Origin: Eledone cirrhosa | Lineage: Eukaryota | Assembly: GCA_964016885.1 (NCBI GenBank) | Contig: OZ024745.1 | Location: forward strand, 117,986,001-118,050,000 | Direction: 5' to 3' | Length of the DNA stretch: 64,000 nt | In this document: positions 10,881 through 23,694 of the stretch, piece after piece | Layout: each line of letters begins with the position of its first letter | How positions within the stretch are numbered: the first letter of the stretch is position 1 | The notes under the pieces: generated by a model | The model's input: only the letters and a program-made list of their open reading frames with translations | The model's database searches: none | Told to the model about the DNA's origin: nothing | Translations under genes and position numbers: made by a program

Positions 10881-11370
10881 ATGATGGCTGCCCCCTCGTT
10901 ATCGAGTATGGCCATTGCACGATATACCATTATTAATAATTATTAATTAATTCTATCATGCAATGCCAGTGCGTGAAGATATTTTTTAAAGTGAGGAAAG
11001 ACTGTGCACTGAGCCAATCCCACTCTCTGAGCGACAGTAGCTATAACCCGCAAAGAAGAAAAGATCAACATCATCGGTAACTACTGAGCCGCAGGTTATC
11101 GGAGTTATCCCAGTTTCCTGAGTTGCCTTCTCCTAGAAGAAAGCCCTGACAAAGGGTAGGGGTCCTTCACTCCCAGTGGTTTAACCGCGCGATCGGGTGT
11201 TCAGCCCGACTATTTCTGTGTTCCCGCGCATATACATACACATGCACCCATATATATACACATATACATATACATACATTTGTACATGTTTATATATATA
11301 TTTACTCACTTTTGGATGGCCGTTGACTCTTGTGAGTTCTTCCGCCCTTTGTCAGGTTTTGTTTTTTGTC
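10881..11370 (-). mobile_element. Non-autonomous RTE-like retroposon, subfamily A (5'-truncated)
   Basis: Reverse complement of 3295-3762. Confidence 0.75.
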
Positions 11371-11383
11371 CATACATACATAC

Positions 11384-11905
11384 ATGATGGCTGCCAACTC
11401 TGCTAAGAGTACTGCAATTGCTTGGAGGATTATAGAGTTTGGTGATCTTTCAGGCTACTGCCAGTCACACAAACCTGTAATATATTCTGAACAAGCAATG
11501 TCTGTGCTTTGAAGGTTTTTTAAGTGGGGAAAGGCCTTGCACGCGACCAATCCCACTCTCTGAGCATCGAAATCACTACCCGTAAAGGAGAACTGGTCAA
11601 CATGCTTCCGAAGCCACAGGTTTTTTTTCAGAGTTCCCCTCTCCTAGAAAGCTGTTGTGACAACAACAGATGGCCCTTCACTCCCAGGTGAAAAAAAAAA
11701 AAAAAGTATTATTTGAATGGCCGTTGACTCTGCTGAGTTCCTCCGCCCTTTGCCCGGTCTTGTTTTTCATCCTGCAGGGTGTCCAAATATCACCCTCCTC
11801 ACCAAGAACCCTTGGTGGGGTTGCCGGTTTAGTCGCCAACGACCCGACCATGAGGCATGTAGTACTGGGTTACATGTTACCAGTAGCACTCGATAGCGAT
11901 CTGAC
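11384..11905 (-). mobile_element. Non-autonomous RTE-like retroposon, subfamily B
   Basis: Reverse complement of 3776-4300; CATA repeats on both sides. Confidence 0.75.
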
Positions 11906-12054
11906 ATACATACATACATACATACATACATTCATAATACATACATGTGTACATACAGACATACATACAGACATATGTACATACATACATACATACATAC
12001 ATACATACATACATACATACATACATAAATACATACATACATACATACATACAT

Positions 12055-12091
<37 letters not shown>

Positions 12092-12651
12092 TTAGCACAT
12101 ATACACAGACAAAGAGGTGCTCACACTTTCACACAATATATACATAAATAAATAGTTTAAACAAAACTAGATGAAAACGCCACTACATGAAGCTATGTAT
12201 ATACATGCATAGAAAAATACACACGTGTGTGTGTGTATGTGCACATGTTTGTTTGTATGTATGTGTGTACCTATGCATGTAGGTGCTTGTATGCATGCAT
12301 GTGTGTACGTATGTATGTGTGTATGTATATATATGCTTGTATACCCGTGTGTACGTATGTGTGAATGTATACATGTGTGTATGTGTGTGTGTAGGTATAC
12401 ATGTGTGTATATATGTGTGTATGTATGTATGTATAATACCATATGCTTGTATGCATGCAAGTATGTACGTGTTTGCGTTTCCATCTGTTTTGTTTTATAT
12501 TTTGTGTGAACACACACACACACACACACACATATATGTGTGTGTGTGTAAGTGTGTGCGTGTGCGCGTGCTCAATGCATGTATGTATATGTGTGCATGC
12601 ATATATACATGTGTGTATGTATGAGTGCGTGTCTGTGTGTAAGTGCCTACG

Positions 12652-12711
<60 letters not shown>

Positions 12712-12800
12712 TGTGTATTTCATCAATTTTTATATATGTGTATGTATATGTATGTTTGTGTATGGGGGTGTATGCATATGTACACGTACATACACATAAA
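11905..12800. repeat. Compound (CATA)/(CAGA)/(TG)/(CA) microsatellite region
   Basis: Directly visible. Confidence 0.9.
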
Positions 12801-13544
12801 TATATAAACACATACTTTATAACTGACTATATCAGATCAACCCAGTTTACAGTGAAAGCAATCATTAAATTGTCGTGTGTGCTATAGTTGTGGTAGATGT
12901 GTTATTATGGGGTCGCCATTACAACACCTTCACTATCAAGTATAATATTGCAAGAGTTATCAAGTATAATATTGCAATGGTGGAACTGTAGAATATCACC
13001 AACTTCACGGTGTTTACAATCACTCAACTTTGCTGTATAATATTTGCATAAAATTATTACACTGCTTTGCTATTGATCCTAGCAGTAGTTTTAAGTTTCA
13101 TCGTTATTTTTTCTTCGGCAGCCATATTTTGTCACTTACAACAGACATGTGGAAATAGAAAACTACAGCAGTCTGGTTTCATTCATATTGTTTGATGATG
13201 TTTTTACTGTTGATTTAATTATCTTTCTCTTATTGGCCTCAGTCAATGGACGGCACCCATGCTGGGGCATCACATTTAGGAGTTTAGTCATCAATATTTA
13301 AAAAAAGAAAGTCTGGCACTTCATCAATCTCTATTTGTCGAACTGCTAGGTGGCAGGACATAAGCAAAGATTACTGGGTTTTTAAGTGATATAGACGTAA
13401 CCACCCACACATGCCGGCACACACACACACATACGCACACACATACATACACGCAAAAACGCTCACACTCACCCACGCACATTTATGCACACCCACGTGC
13501 GCGCGCGCGCACACACATACGCATATTTATATCTTCTTTTTCTT

Positions 13545-13910
13545 CGCCCACTTATTCCTAAGAGGGTCGTGAAGGGGGGCGGGGTCCTCAAACACTCCTT
13601 CCAGCGGGTCCTGTCAGAAGCAACCGTTTCTAACTGATCCTGTTCGAATCCCAAGCGAGACCAGCCAAATTCATGATTGTTACCCAACCTACTTGCCCAT
13701 GGTTTACCTCTGGGTCTCCTGCCAGTTGGTTTTGCCCATAAATTCTGTCCAGCGACTCTTTCCTGAGATATTCTAACTACATGCTCATAGTATCCGAGCT
13801 GTGATCTCTGAATTCAGAGAAGTAGCAGCTCTACCTGGAGTGACTCTCTGATCTCTGGGATACGCACTTTATCGAGTAACGTTACTTCAAAGACCCTTCG
13901 TAAGAATCCT
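13545..13910 (-). mobile_element. RTE LINE 3' fragment
   Basis: VTLLDKVR..EIRESLQVE...SQLGYYEHVVRISQER...AKPTGRRPRGKP...WSRLG...VASDRTRWKECL is an RTE C-terminus. Confidence 0.8.
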
Positions 13911-14084
13911 ATTATATATATTTCATTTAAATGTTTAATTGATTAATTAAATGTGGCATTTCCATGAAGGTGCAGGATCTTTAGAGATCATAACTGAAAT
14001 TATATACTTACTGATTCTTTATATTAGAATACGGTTACATTCAGAAGTCACGTTGTATTGTTTTATGTTTAATAGTAGATGATG

Positions 14085-14336
14085 AGGCAGCACAATGGCA
14101 GAGTCGTTACAACGCCTGATTGAGTGCTTTGTGGTATTTATTCTGATTCTCTGCTCTCTGAGTTCGAATCCTGACAAATTCAACTTTGCTTTTCATCCTT
14201 TCGAGGTCGAAAAAAAGTACCAGTCTAGTACTGGGGTTGAATCTTCCTCTATACCTCTTTCTCACTACCTCTATCTTTCTCTGGAAGAAATCTGCTGTAT
14301 TCAGACTTGGAGAGGAAATGGGATCCGCCAGGTTTT
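14085..14336 (+). mobile_element. tRNA-derived SINE S2, 3'-interrupted
   Basis: TGGCAGAGTCGTT head, GAGTTCGAATCC B box and shared core. It is cut at CCAGGTTT by the element at 14336. Confidence 0.75.
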
Positions 14337-14563
14337 AATCTAATCTAATCTGGCCGAGTTTACCCTCGCAAATAAGAAGAACCAGGGCCTCCCCTAGGAG
14401 CATTGGATTTGGTGTACTTCATATTTGTTTCGGTTGCTGAATACAATCAGGGGTCACTGCTTCTCCTGAAGGTCAATAGTTCTCTTCTAACTCGAGCGGG
14501 AGCGCCTTTCCATTGTCAATTTGCATTGATCATCTGCAAAGCCGCATTGTTCTCAGAACCACT
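14336..14563 (-). mobile_element. Retroposon 3' end with (AGATT)n tail
   Basis: Reverse-complement match to 20478-20706; both copies end CTCGGCCAGATTAGATTAGATT. Confidence 0.7.
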
Positions 14564-14829
14564 ACACAAGTCTTAGAATGACATAAAATCACCGAATGTC
14601 ACCCCCGGAGTTTACAGGATCATGCATGTCAATACTGTAGAGTGATTGTTGGGCATTAGAGTATGGTAGTGAGTGCAGGTAAATACAAAGGTATCCTCCA
14701 TAGATGTGATTACATTGGTTATACATGTGTCTATTTTTATATATACACTCTCACACGTACACCCACTCTAAAACTATATTCCAAAAATAGAATTTCCTTT
14801 ACAACCCTACTGTTGCCAATCCCATAGAA

Positions 14830-16838
14830 TTGTTGTTGGTGTGTGCTGTTGTGGCTGTTGATGTGTGTTGTTGTTGTTGTTATTGTTGTTGTCTCTGTGT
14901 ATGTTGTTATTGTTGTTGTGTGTGTTGTTGTTGTTATCGTTGTTGTGTGTGTTGTTGTTGTTATTGTTGTTGTTGTTGTTATTGTTGTTGTCTCTGTGTA
15001 TGTTGTTATTGTTGTTGTGTGTGTTGTTGTTGTTATCGTTGTTGTGTGTGTTGTTGTTGTTATTGTTGTTGTGTGTGTTGTTGTTGTTATCGTTGTTTGT
15101 GTCTGTTGTTGTTATTGTTGTTGTCTCTGTGTATGTTGTTATTGTTGTTGTTGTGTGTTGTTGTTGTTATCGTTGTTTGTGTCTGTTGTTGTTATTGTTG
15201 TTGTCTCTGTGTATGTTGTTATTGTTGTTGTTGTGTGTTGTTGTTGTTATAGTTGTTTATGTCTGTGTGTCTGTTGTTGTTATTGTTGTTGTCTTTGTGT
15301 ATGTTGTTATTGTTGTTGTGTGTGTTGTTGTCGTTATCGTTGTTTGTGTCTGTTGTTGTTATTGTTGTTGTCTCTGTGTATGTTGTTATTGTTGTTGTTG
15401 TGTGTTGTTGTTGTTATCGTTGTTTATGTCTGTGTGTCTGTTGTTGTTATTGTTGTTGTCTTTGTGTATGTTGTTATTGTTGTTGTGTGTGTTGTTGTTG
15501 TTATCGTTGTTTGTGTCTGTGTGTCTGTTGTTGTTGTTGTTGTTATTGTTGTTGTCTCTGTGTATGTTGTGTGTGTTGTTGTTATCGTTGTTTGTGTCTG
15601 TGTGTCTGTTGTTGTTGTTGTTATTGTTGTTGTCTCTGTGTATGTTGTGTGTATTGTTGTTATCGTTGTTGTCTCTGTGTATGTTGTGTGTGTTGTTGTT
15701 ATCGTTGTTTGTGTCTGTGTGTCTGTTGTTGTTGTTGTTGTTATTGTTGTTGTCTCTGTGTATGTTGTGTGTGTTGTTGTTATCGTTGTTTGTGTCTGTG
15801 TGTCTGTTGTTGTTGTTGTTGTTGTTGTTGTCTCTGTGTATGTTGTGTGTGTTGTTGTTATCGTTGTTTGTGTCTGTGTGTCTGTTGTTGTTGTTGTTAT
15901 TGTTGTTGTCTCTGTGTATGTTGTGTCTGTTGTTGTTATCGTTGTTTGTGTCTGTGTGTCTGTTGTTGTTGTTGTTATTGTTGTTGTCTCTGCGTATGTT
16001 GTGTCTGTTGTTGTTATCGTTGTTTGTGTCTGTGTGTCTGTTGTTGTTGTTGTTGTTATTGTTGTTGTCTCTGTGTATGTTGTGTGTGTTGTTGTTATCG
16101 TTGTTTGTGTCTGTGTGTCTGTTGTTGTTGTTGTTGTTGTTGTTGTCTCTGTGTATGTTGTGTGTGTTGTTGTTATCGTTGTTTGTGTCTGTGTGTCTGT
16201 TGTTGTTGTTGTTATTGTTGTTGTCTCTGTGTATGTTGTGTCTGTTGTTGTTATCGTTGTTTGTGTCTGTGTGTCTGTTGTTGTTGTTGTTGTCTCTGTG
16301 TATGTTGTGTGTGTTGTTGTTATCGTTGTTTGTGTCTGTGTGTCTGTTGTTGTTGTTGTTATTGTTGTTGTCTCTGTGTATGTTGTGTCTGTTGTTGTTA
16401 TCGTTGTTTGTGTCTGTGTGTCTGTTGTTGTTGTTGTTGTTATTGTTGTCTCTGTGTATGTTGTGTGTGTTGTTGTTATCGTTGTTTGTGTCTGTGTCTG
16501 TTGTTGTTGTTGTTATTGTTGTTGTCTCTGTGTATGTTGTGTCTGTTGTTGTTATCGTTGTTTGTGTCTGTGTGTCTGTTGTTGTTGTTGTTATTGTTGT
16601 TGTCTCTGTGTATGTTGTGTGTGTTGTTGTTATCGTTGTTTGTGTCTGTGTGTCTGTTGTTGTTGTTGTTATTGTTGTTGTCTCTGTGTATGTTGTGTCT
16701 GTTGTTGTTATCGTTGTTTGTGTCTGTGTGTCTGTTGTTGTTGTTGTTGTTATTGTTGTTGTCTCTGTGCATGTTGTGTGTTGTTGTTGTTATCGTTGTT
16801 TATGTCTGTGTGTCTGTGTGTCTGTTGTTGTTATTGTT
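14830..16838 (+). repeat. (GTT)n-derived minisatellite with ~78-bp higher-order unit
   Basis: The unit (GTT)nATTGTTGTTGTCTCTGTGTAT GTTGTGTGT GTTGTTGTTATCGTTGTTTGTGTCTGTGTGTCT repeats and gives 26-aa periodicity in the ORF track. Confidence 0.95.
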
Positions 16839-17139
16839 TCGTACAGATATACAAAAGAGGTGTCACACCATTATAATAGGCAGTAATATAAGAATATTCC
16901 AGAGGTTATAAAAGAGAACAGGCCGATCGTCAGATCCATTTATCTTCTGTTGTTGATACTATCTGACAGTCGCAACACATGACTGGAGGAGTAACGTGAA
17001 GTAGTTTATTTAATTCAAGAATACAATTTAACCCCTCTCTCCTCTCCCCAGTAATCGAACCGGTCACGAAGAATTATACAATTAGCGTTATTAGTATAGT
17101 GTCGTCGCTGTATACCTACCTAAATATCAATAACAAGAT

Positions 17140-17960
17140 ATTGTGGTTGAACCTGTGGCAGTGCACACTTCCGGCGTTCTTGACTCTCCCCACCATCCGG
17201 AACAAATCCCTACTCACTGCTATCCGTGTGGAGTTGGCTAGTGCAAGCCCCACGAAAGGAGTGGCTGTTCGAGTATGTCTCCCTTGTCATCCTTCGAGAC
17301 AATGACTTCTCTCTCCTGTTCCCCGGGACCACGAGACAGACAGACACTTAAGATTCATGTATGGTGGAAGCATGTAGAATAAATTTACTTAAGCTTGTTT
17401 CTGCTTTGTTTCTGCTTTGGCCTACCCCCCCCCCCCTAAAAAAACTAGAACTTAAGCTACTTAGAGTGGAGACATTCGGCGTTCTTGGCCCCCGGACCAC
17501 ATCCCTACTCACTGTGTTGTCGGAGCGGAGTTGGTTACCCGCAAGTGAGATCCTGCAAGGTAGAGTGGCTGTTTCATCGTCCCCCGGGGCTATGTAATCT
17601 CCATAGGCGGCAAGTAAGTTAGTTGGAGGTGGGTGATACTAGTTCGGACGTGAAACATATACACACATACACAAAATAGATAAAAACAAAGACATCGTGG
17701 AGAAAGTCGTGCCCTTGGGCAGTGGAGACTTCTGGTGTCCTTGACCCTAGGGCTACCTACCTACTCATCACCATAGTCGCTGAGATGGCCAGCTGCAGGT
17801 GTGATCCTCGCGAGATTTAATGGCTCTTCCAGCGCATCTCCCTTACCATCCTCCGGGGAAACTCCTTCTCCATTCTGTCCGCCAGGGCTGCGGGGAGGCC
17901 AGCACGTGGGACCCCATTTGCTCACCATACAGAGAGATGGGAAGGGCGAGAGAGATGGGG
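17140..17960 (-). repeat. Dispersed, LTR-like repeat built of three diverged modules
   Basis: The module GGA.GATG..AAGGGAGA...AGCCA...GTGAGTAGG...CAAG.AC.CC occurs near 17150-17330, 17460-17590 and 17715-17890, with a homolog at 46955-47050(+). Confidence 0.5.
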
Positions 17961-18366
17961 GTGATGACAGTGGGTGTCTTGCTAAACTAGCTGAAGGATT
18001 TTGGGATTGACATAAAACCAAACTATGGCAGCATCCATCTGACTTTAGATGTTATATATTTAAATCTACATATTTACATGTTCCGTATTCTCAATGTGTA
18101 TGTGTGTATGTGTGTGTGTTACTGTGTATGTGCATGTGTGTGTGTGTCGCTGTGCATGTGTGTCGCTGTGCATGTGTGTGTGTGTGTGTCTGCATGTGTG
18201 GGTGTGTCTGTGTGTGTGTTTGTGTCTTTATCTCTATGCATGTGTGTATTATCTGTCTGTGTGTTTGTCAGACACTGCAATGTATTTCTCTTGTTTATAA
18301 ATATCAACATAATTGTCTAATGGACATGACCACCTATTTGGTCAGTCAGATACTCCAGTCTTTTCT

Positions 18367-18742
18367 TAGTACTGTTGTTGTTGTCGTTAGTACTGTTGTT
18401 GTAGTAGTTAATATTGCTGTTGTGGTTAGTACTGCTATTGTTGTTAGTACTGTTGTTGTTGTTAGTACTGTTGTTGTTGTTAGTACTGTTGTTGTTGTTA
18501 GTACTGTTGTTGTTGTTAGTACTGTTGTTGTTAGTACTGCTGTTGTTGTTGTTAGTACTGCTGTTGTTGTTGTGGTTGCTGTTGCCGTTGTTGTTGTTAC
18601 TGCTGCTGTTCCACTTGTGGGTGTTCTGGATGTTGTTGTGGTTGGTTGTTGTGGTTGTTTTTATTGTTGTAGTTGTTGTTGTTGCCATTGCCGTTGTTAT
18701 TGTTGCTGTTGTTATTGTTGTTGTTGTTGCTATTGTTGTTGT
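18367..18742 (+). repeat. 18-bp GTTAGTACTGTTGTTGTT repeats grading into (GTT)n
   Basis: Directly visible. Confidence 0.9.
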
Positions 18743-20120
18743 TCTAATGTTTCCATCTTTGAACCTTTATCGACTTCAATTATGAACCTATCTAATTTTG
18801 TCTTTATTGGCTTCAGAGAAGTGTTTAAATGAATCATGACATATCCTCCTCTTTAACCGTTCTCTTATCGTATGTTTTAGTTTCATGACCTCCTCATTAA
18901 CTTATAAAACTATCTAGTCTTTCTGGTTATTGACTTTAGGGTAGTGTTTTTATTTTAAACAGTCTTTTAATGCATACCTTTCATTTACTCTTCAGTTACC
19001 ATGTTCTCTTTTATTTGTGTTTTTTTCTTTCTCGCTATTTACACTGTCAACTTTGCATCTAAGGTGTTCCTTTAAAGTTTTTCTCTCTCCTGACATTTCA
19101 TTGTGCTAACAGAGCTCTCAACACTCTCTATTCCATTCCAAATATATTTTCTCATATCATTTCCTATAGCACAAAAAGCATCGATCCAGTTACAAAACAG
19201 ACAATAAACGATTGAATTTCAACCTTAAATACAATAGAGAGAAACATTGACTCATAGAAGCGTAAATATCTATTCTTTCCGTAAATGAAAATTTGGCTAA
19301 GATAGAAAGGAATGAAAACCCTATGAATATAAAACAAAATAAGAAGCCCGTTGTGGCTGTTCTTTTACTGAGATCTTAAGAAATAGATATATAGTTTTCA
19401 TAAATCATAAAATATTGGAAGGAATCTTCTACACTTTACAAATGATGATGGACATATTCCATCATCAAGATTTCTGAGTGGTCCTGTATGTTAATAGAGA
19501 TACATGCGTGTGTGGAAATCCTGTACAATATATAAACCCATATTTATATTACTATCTCCTCCGTAATGTATGAAGAAGGGACATATGTTTTAAGAACCCA
19601 CTGAATTAGATTGCCAACACACCAACACGCCAACAGGCCAACAGGCCAACAGGCCAACAGAGCAACATGGCAGTTGACTACAAGAATTTCGTTGAGGAAC
19701 TGAGGCAATACAGTTAAAGTCCATGGCACCAGTCATCCAATATTTAGTTAGGATGTTAAAATATAGTCTGTGAATAAATGATTAGTTAAGAGTGAGGAAT
19801 CGACATTAACGTTAGTTACTAACTAGACTTTCTAATGTAAAGTTACGAGGAATATGTATTCTTATGAAAAATGTAAGCAAGCTTTTATTAAGGTAATGTC
19901 ATTTCCATACTAATACATATGAAGACACCATTGTTTTTGAGGGCCAAAATACTCGCTTTGGAGGGGATTTCTTGTCTGAAGACCTTTTGCTCTTCAGTTC
20001 TCCTGAGAGTTTCTTACCACTATGTTATATATATATTTATATAGCAAAGAAAGTGTGGCAAGAAACCGGGTGGACCATAACGCACCAGAGTACTCGATAC
20101 TTAGGGTAGTAGAGTGAGTA

Positions 20121-20235
20121 ATAGGAAAAGAGTCAGGACCCCAACGGCTAAGCTCCGGCCGTTTCCACAGCTAGATCCGAACTTAGCTGTCGAAACGGCT
20201 GGAGCTCACCCGTCGGGGTCCTACTCTTTCCCTAT
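20121..20235. repeat. Long imperfect palindrome (MITE-like)
   Basis: ATAGGAAAAGAGTCAGGACCCC...ACAGCTA pairs with TAGCTGT...GGGGTCCTACTCTTTCCCTAT. A single-arm copy lies at 42277-42330. Confidence 0.75.
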
Positions 20236-20477
20236 ATTTATATATTTAGGTGATTTCCCGATGTATATCGAGAGGTGACCACAGTTTAAAAAAAAGGTAC
20301 TCAATACGTTATTAGAGTATAGCCTTATTTATTTTATTATAGAAATGACTTCTACAAGACTGGAACTGTTTCATTCATAAGAAATCTTCAAGACTTTCCT
20401 GATGATTTATACCGTTTTTATTGATCCTGCCAAATCAATATGTGGCAGTAGTTCCAGCTACACGCATCGAAAGACTG

Positions 20478-20706
20478 CAGTGGTTCTGAGAACAATGCGG
20501 CTTTGCAGATGATCAATGCAAATTGACAATGGAAAGGCGCCCCCGCTCGAGTTAAAAGAGAACTATTGACCTACGGGAGAAGCAGCGACCCCTGATTGCA
20601 TTCAGCAACTGAAACAAATACGAAGTACACCAAATCCAATGCTACTAGGGGCGGCCCTGGTTCTTCTTATTTGCGAGTGTAAACTCGGCCAGATTAGATT
20701 AGATTA
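20478..20706 (+). mobile_element. Retroposon 3' end with (AGATT)n tail
   Basis: Second copy of 14336-14563. Confidence 0.7.
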
Positions 20707-21042
20707 CATTTATTAGTAGTCTGGTGGTATAAAAATTTGCCTTTACTTTGCGTGTTGAAATCTCCTCCAAAAATTAGCATGGCATCAGAAACAGTGGCAG
20801 TGAGTTGATGGTAAAACTATTCTATTTCTTCTTCTGGAAGTTGACAGTGGGTGAGTAGCAGCTAATATTAACTGTTTGAGGATTTTCTTTGGATACTGCT
20901 GTGACAACTCGGTCATTGATTTTTGTTACCTTTATAAGTAGAGGAAGAGTGTATGTTTGTACTATCAATTACAGCACTGACGGCATTTTTTATGTTAATA
21001 CAAAGAACCGAGTGCTTCTGCCGGTTTTATGGGTAGTTATGT

Positions 21043-21165
21043 CTGGCGCATGGCTGAGTGGCAAGAGAATTGGATTCGCAATCGTGAGGTTGTGAGTTCG
21101 ATTCCTGGACCGTGCGATGCGTTATGTCCTTGAGCAAGGCACTTTATTTCACGTTGTTCCTTTTA
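21043..21165 (+). mobile_element. tRNA-head CORE-like SINE, 5' part
   Basis: GGCGCATGGCTGAGTGG (A box), GAGTTCGATTCC (B box), then CORE-like GTCCTTGAGCAAGGCACTT. Confidence 0.7.
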
Positions 21166-21394
21166 CCTGGAGTTGCGACCGGTAGATATAATATAAACCG
21201 ACTGAAATATGCTGGTTTTACCCATATAAGGATTTTGGCTTGTAACTAATTATACTTAACTAGTCCTATGGACTAGTCCTACAAACTTGTACTAGAGTAT
21301 ATATATACAAACTTGTACTAGAGTATATATATATGTATATGTCCCAACGGCAATAGGAAAACTATAGTTACTATTGTTATATAAAAAAAAACAC

Positions 21395-21726
21395 TATGTA
21401 AAGATAAAGACCCCCTTCGGTCGCGAAAGACCATGGGATTTGCACCTAAGAAATTCCACTCCGAGGTACAAGTCCGGACAAGGTTGTTTGTGTAAGACCA
21501 GCAGTCGCCCATACATACCAGTTTCCCCTTTCCATGCCACCGCTCTTGTTCAAGGGAAAGGCAATGACCGATATATCTTGCACCAGTGACGTCGCAACTC
21601 ATTTCTACAGCTAAGTAAACTGGTGGAATGTGTAATAAAGAGTCTTGTTCATGGATGATCCGAGAATAGAACTCACAACTCCCCGACTGCAAAGCCAACG
21701 CTCAAACCACTAAGTCACGCGCCTTC
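21395..21726 (-). mobile_element. tRNA-derived SINE, full length
   Basis: Head GAAGGCGCGTGACTTAGTGGTT, body shared with 49745-49950, and tail GGGGGTCTTTATCTTTAC. Confidence 0.7.
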
Positions 21727-21954
21727 ACAGTGTGTACAAAACATTAAAACAATTACCCCTGAATTTGCCTAGAATTATTTTTAAGATTGCAATTTGGACA
21801 TTACCCATATAAAACATTTCTATATAAAAACAAAATGTAATAATAATCATAACCAACTCCTCGAACTCGTCATTATCCTCATCAAATATTGGTTTCAAAT
21901 TTAGACAGAAGAGGACCAGCAATTTAGGAAAACGAGAAAGTGACTTAAACTTAC

Positions 21955-22316
21955 CCTAACACTGCTGCTCTATTTTATAACCCCCGAAGGATTAAAGGCA
22001 AAGTTGACCTCGATAAGCTTCGAAATCAGAAAATAAAAATCCGGATCATATACCGTGCAGCATTCCAATGCCTAAACAACTTTGCCGGTCCACTGCCCTT
22101 TTTGTAGTCTCATTAGATAATGTTTGTTTCTAATTTAGGTAATTTAGAATGAGAGGGAAGTCGTCTAAAACGACCCAGTACTAGAGTTGTACGGACTCTG
22201 AAAGGATGAAAGGCAAAGTTGATCTCGTTGGGCTTTGATCTCAAAACGTAAAGAAACAATAAAATATCGCAAAACATTTTGTCTAACGTTTTAACGAGTT
22301 TTCCAATCCACTGCAC
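21955..22316 (-). mobile_element. Two adjacent degenerate S1-like SINEs
   Basis: Two GGAT(G/T)AAAGGCAAAGTTGA cores at ~21989 and ~22204. Confidence 0.65.
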
Positions 22317-22694
22317 TATTATTGTTCAATAAAAATGATAAATATATGAAGGAAAGATAATAACAAAAAAAAGGCCTAACATCTCAGTGTTAGATATTTT
22401 TAAAGAACAGTAGATTTATGTGTGGGTGAGTTTCTGTAGAGAGGTGTATTGATTACTATTGTATGTATACCATATCAAAACTCCTATCATTGCACCAGCT
22501 TCCTTGCTTATCATATTCATGGATTATTTGTCAAATGATAATTCCTTTATTTTTCCGGAACAATTGAGATGAGACAACAACCCCCGACATAGACTACAGC
22601 ATACAACGCACTACTTCTTTCTTGACGAACAAATGTCATCTATTAATAATTTATTCAAATCATTTTCTCTTTTACCATCGTTATCAAGCTACTA

Positions 22695-22970
22695 GAGTCG
22701 TTAGATCATCAGATAGAATGCTTTATGGTATTTGTTCCGACACTCTACTCTCTGAGTTCAAATCCCACCGAGGTCAACTTTGCCTTTCATCCTTTCAAGG
22801 TTGATAAAAGTACCAGTCTAGTACTGGGGTCGATTCTTCCTCCTCTGGAAGAAATTTGCTGTACTTAGGCCTGGATAGGCATAGGCTCCTCCAGGCTTAA
22901 AATGCCCAAGAAACGTTGTATGTCAATACGGCGCCCCTACGACTCTATCAGGAGTTAGGGGACCATACCA
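22695..22970 (+). mobile_element. tRNA-derived SINE S2
   Basis: Core and tail (...GGACCATAC) match the other S2 copies; followed by (CTA)n. Confidence 0.8.
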
Positions 22971-22975
22971 ACATG

Positions 22976-23038
<63 letters not shown>

Positions 23039-23139
23039 TGAGGACGTTGCAAAGGCGCGTGAGGCAGAACAAACAATGAGGAGAGAGGAAAGTTGATACA
23101 CGGAGAATGTTTGGATAAGCTGAAACACTTCCATATGAT

Positions 23140-23310
23140 AATATTTTCTAATTGAGGCACACGGCCAGCAATGTTAGAGGAAGGGGTAATCCGATTAAAC
23201 TGACCCCGGGAGGATGCACAGCAAAGTTGACCTCTGTGGAATTTGATTTCAGAATGTAAAGCGCCAGAACAAATATCATTTTGCCCGATGCTCTACTGAT
23301 TTTGCCACCC
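23140..23310 (-). mobile_element. Degenerate S1-like SINE
   Basis: GGCACACGGCCAGCAAT tail and GCAAAGTTGACCTC core. Confidence 0.55.
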
Positions 23311-23513
23311 TAGAATTACAATTTTTTTGACTTTTCACACAAAATGAGGTAAAAAAAAGAACAGAAGGTGAGATAGGACTGATCAGTGGTGAGGAGATTA
23401 CTTCAGTGGAGAAAGACAGCTTGAGTGAGTATCTAGGAGAAAAATAAAGAAAACCTGTTAAAGGAGGTCATAAAAGAAGGAATCTGTGATGGAAAGGGAG
23501 ACTCACAAATAAT

Positions 23514-23694
23514 TGTTTCTACTTTTGGCACAAGGCCAGCAATTACCCAGTACATAACTGGTACTTTATTTTATCGACTCCGTAAGGATGAAAGGCAAAG
23601 TCAACCTCGGCGGAGTTTGAACTTAGATCGTAAAGGGACGTAACTATGCTGGAAATCATGTCCGACCCTCTACCGATACTGCCAATTCACCGCC
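23514..23694 (-). mobile_element. tRNA-derived SINE S1 inserted into the R4/Dong copy
   Basis: Full head-to-tail copy with a 12-bp TSD CTCACAAATAAT at 23502-23513 and 23695-23706. Confidence 0.9.

Noticed and set aside
14830-16911. ORFs of 552-677 aa (poly-V/L/C)
   Set aside because: All three frames are open only because the GTT-based repeat lacks stop codons.
20358-20395. Hammerhead-like TTGAAGA...GAAA on the minus strand
   Set aside because: The core C3 is missing, the stems are weak and there is no adjacent PLE ORF.
21043-21115. tRNA genes at SINE heads
   Set aside because: A and B boxes are present but no complete cloverleaf, and the sequence continues into a SINE body.
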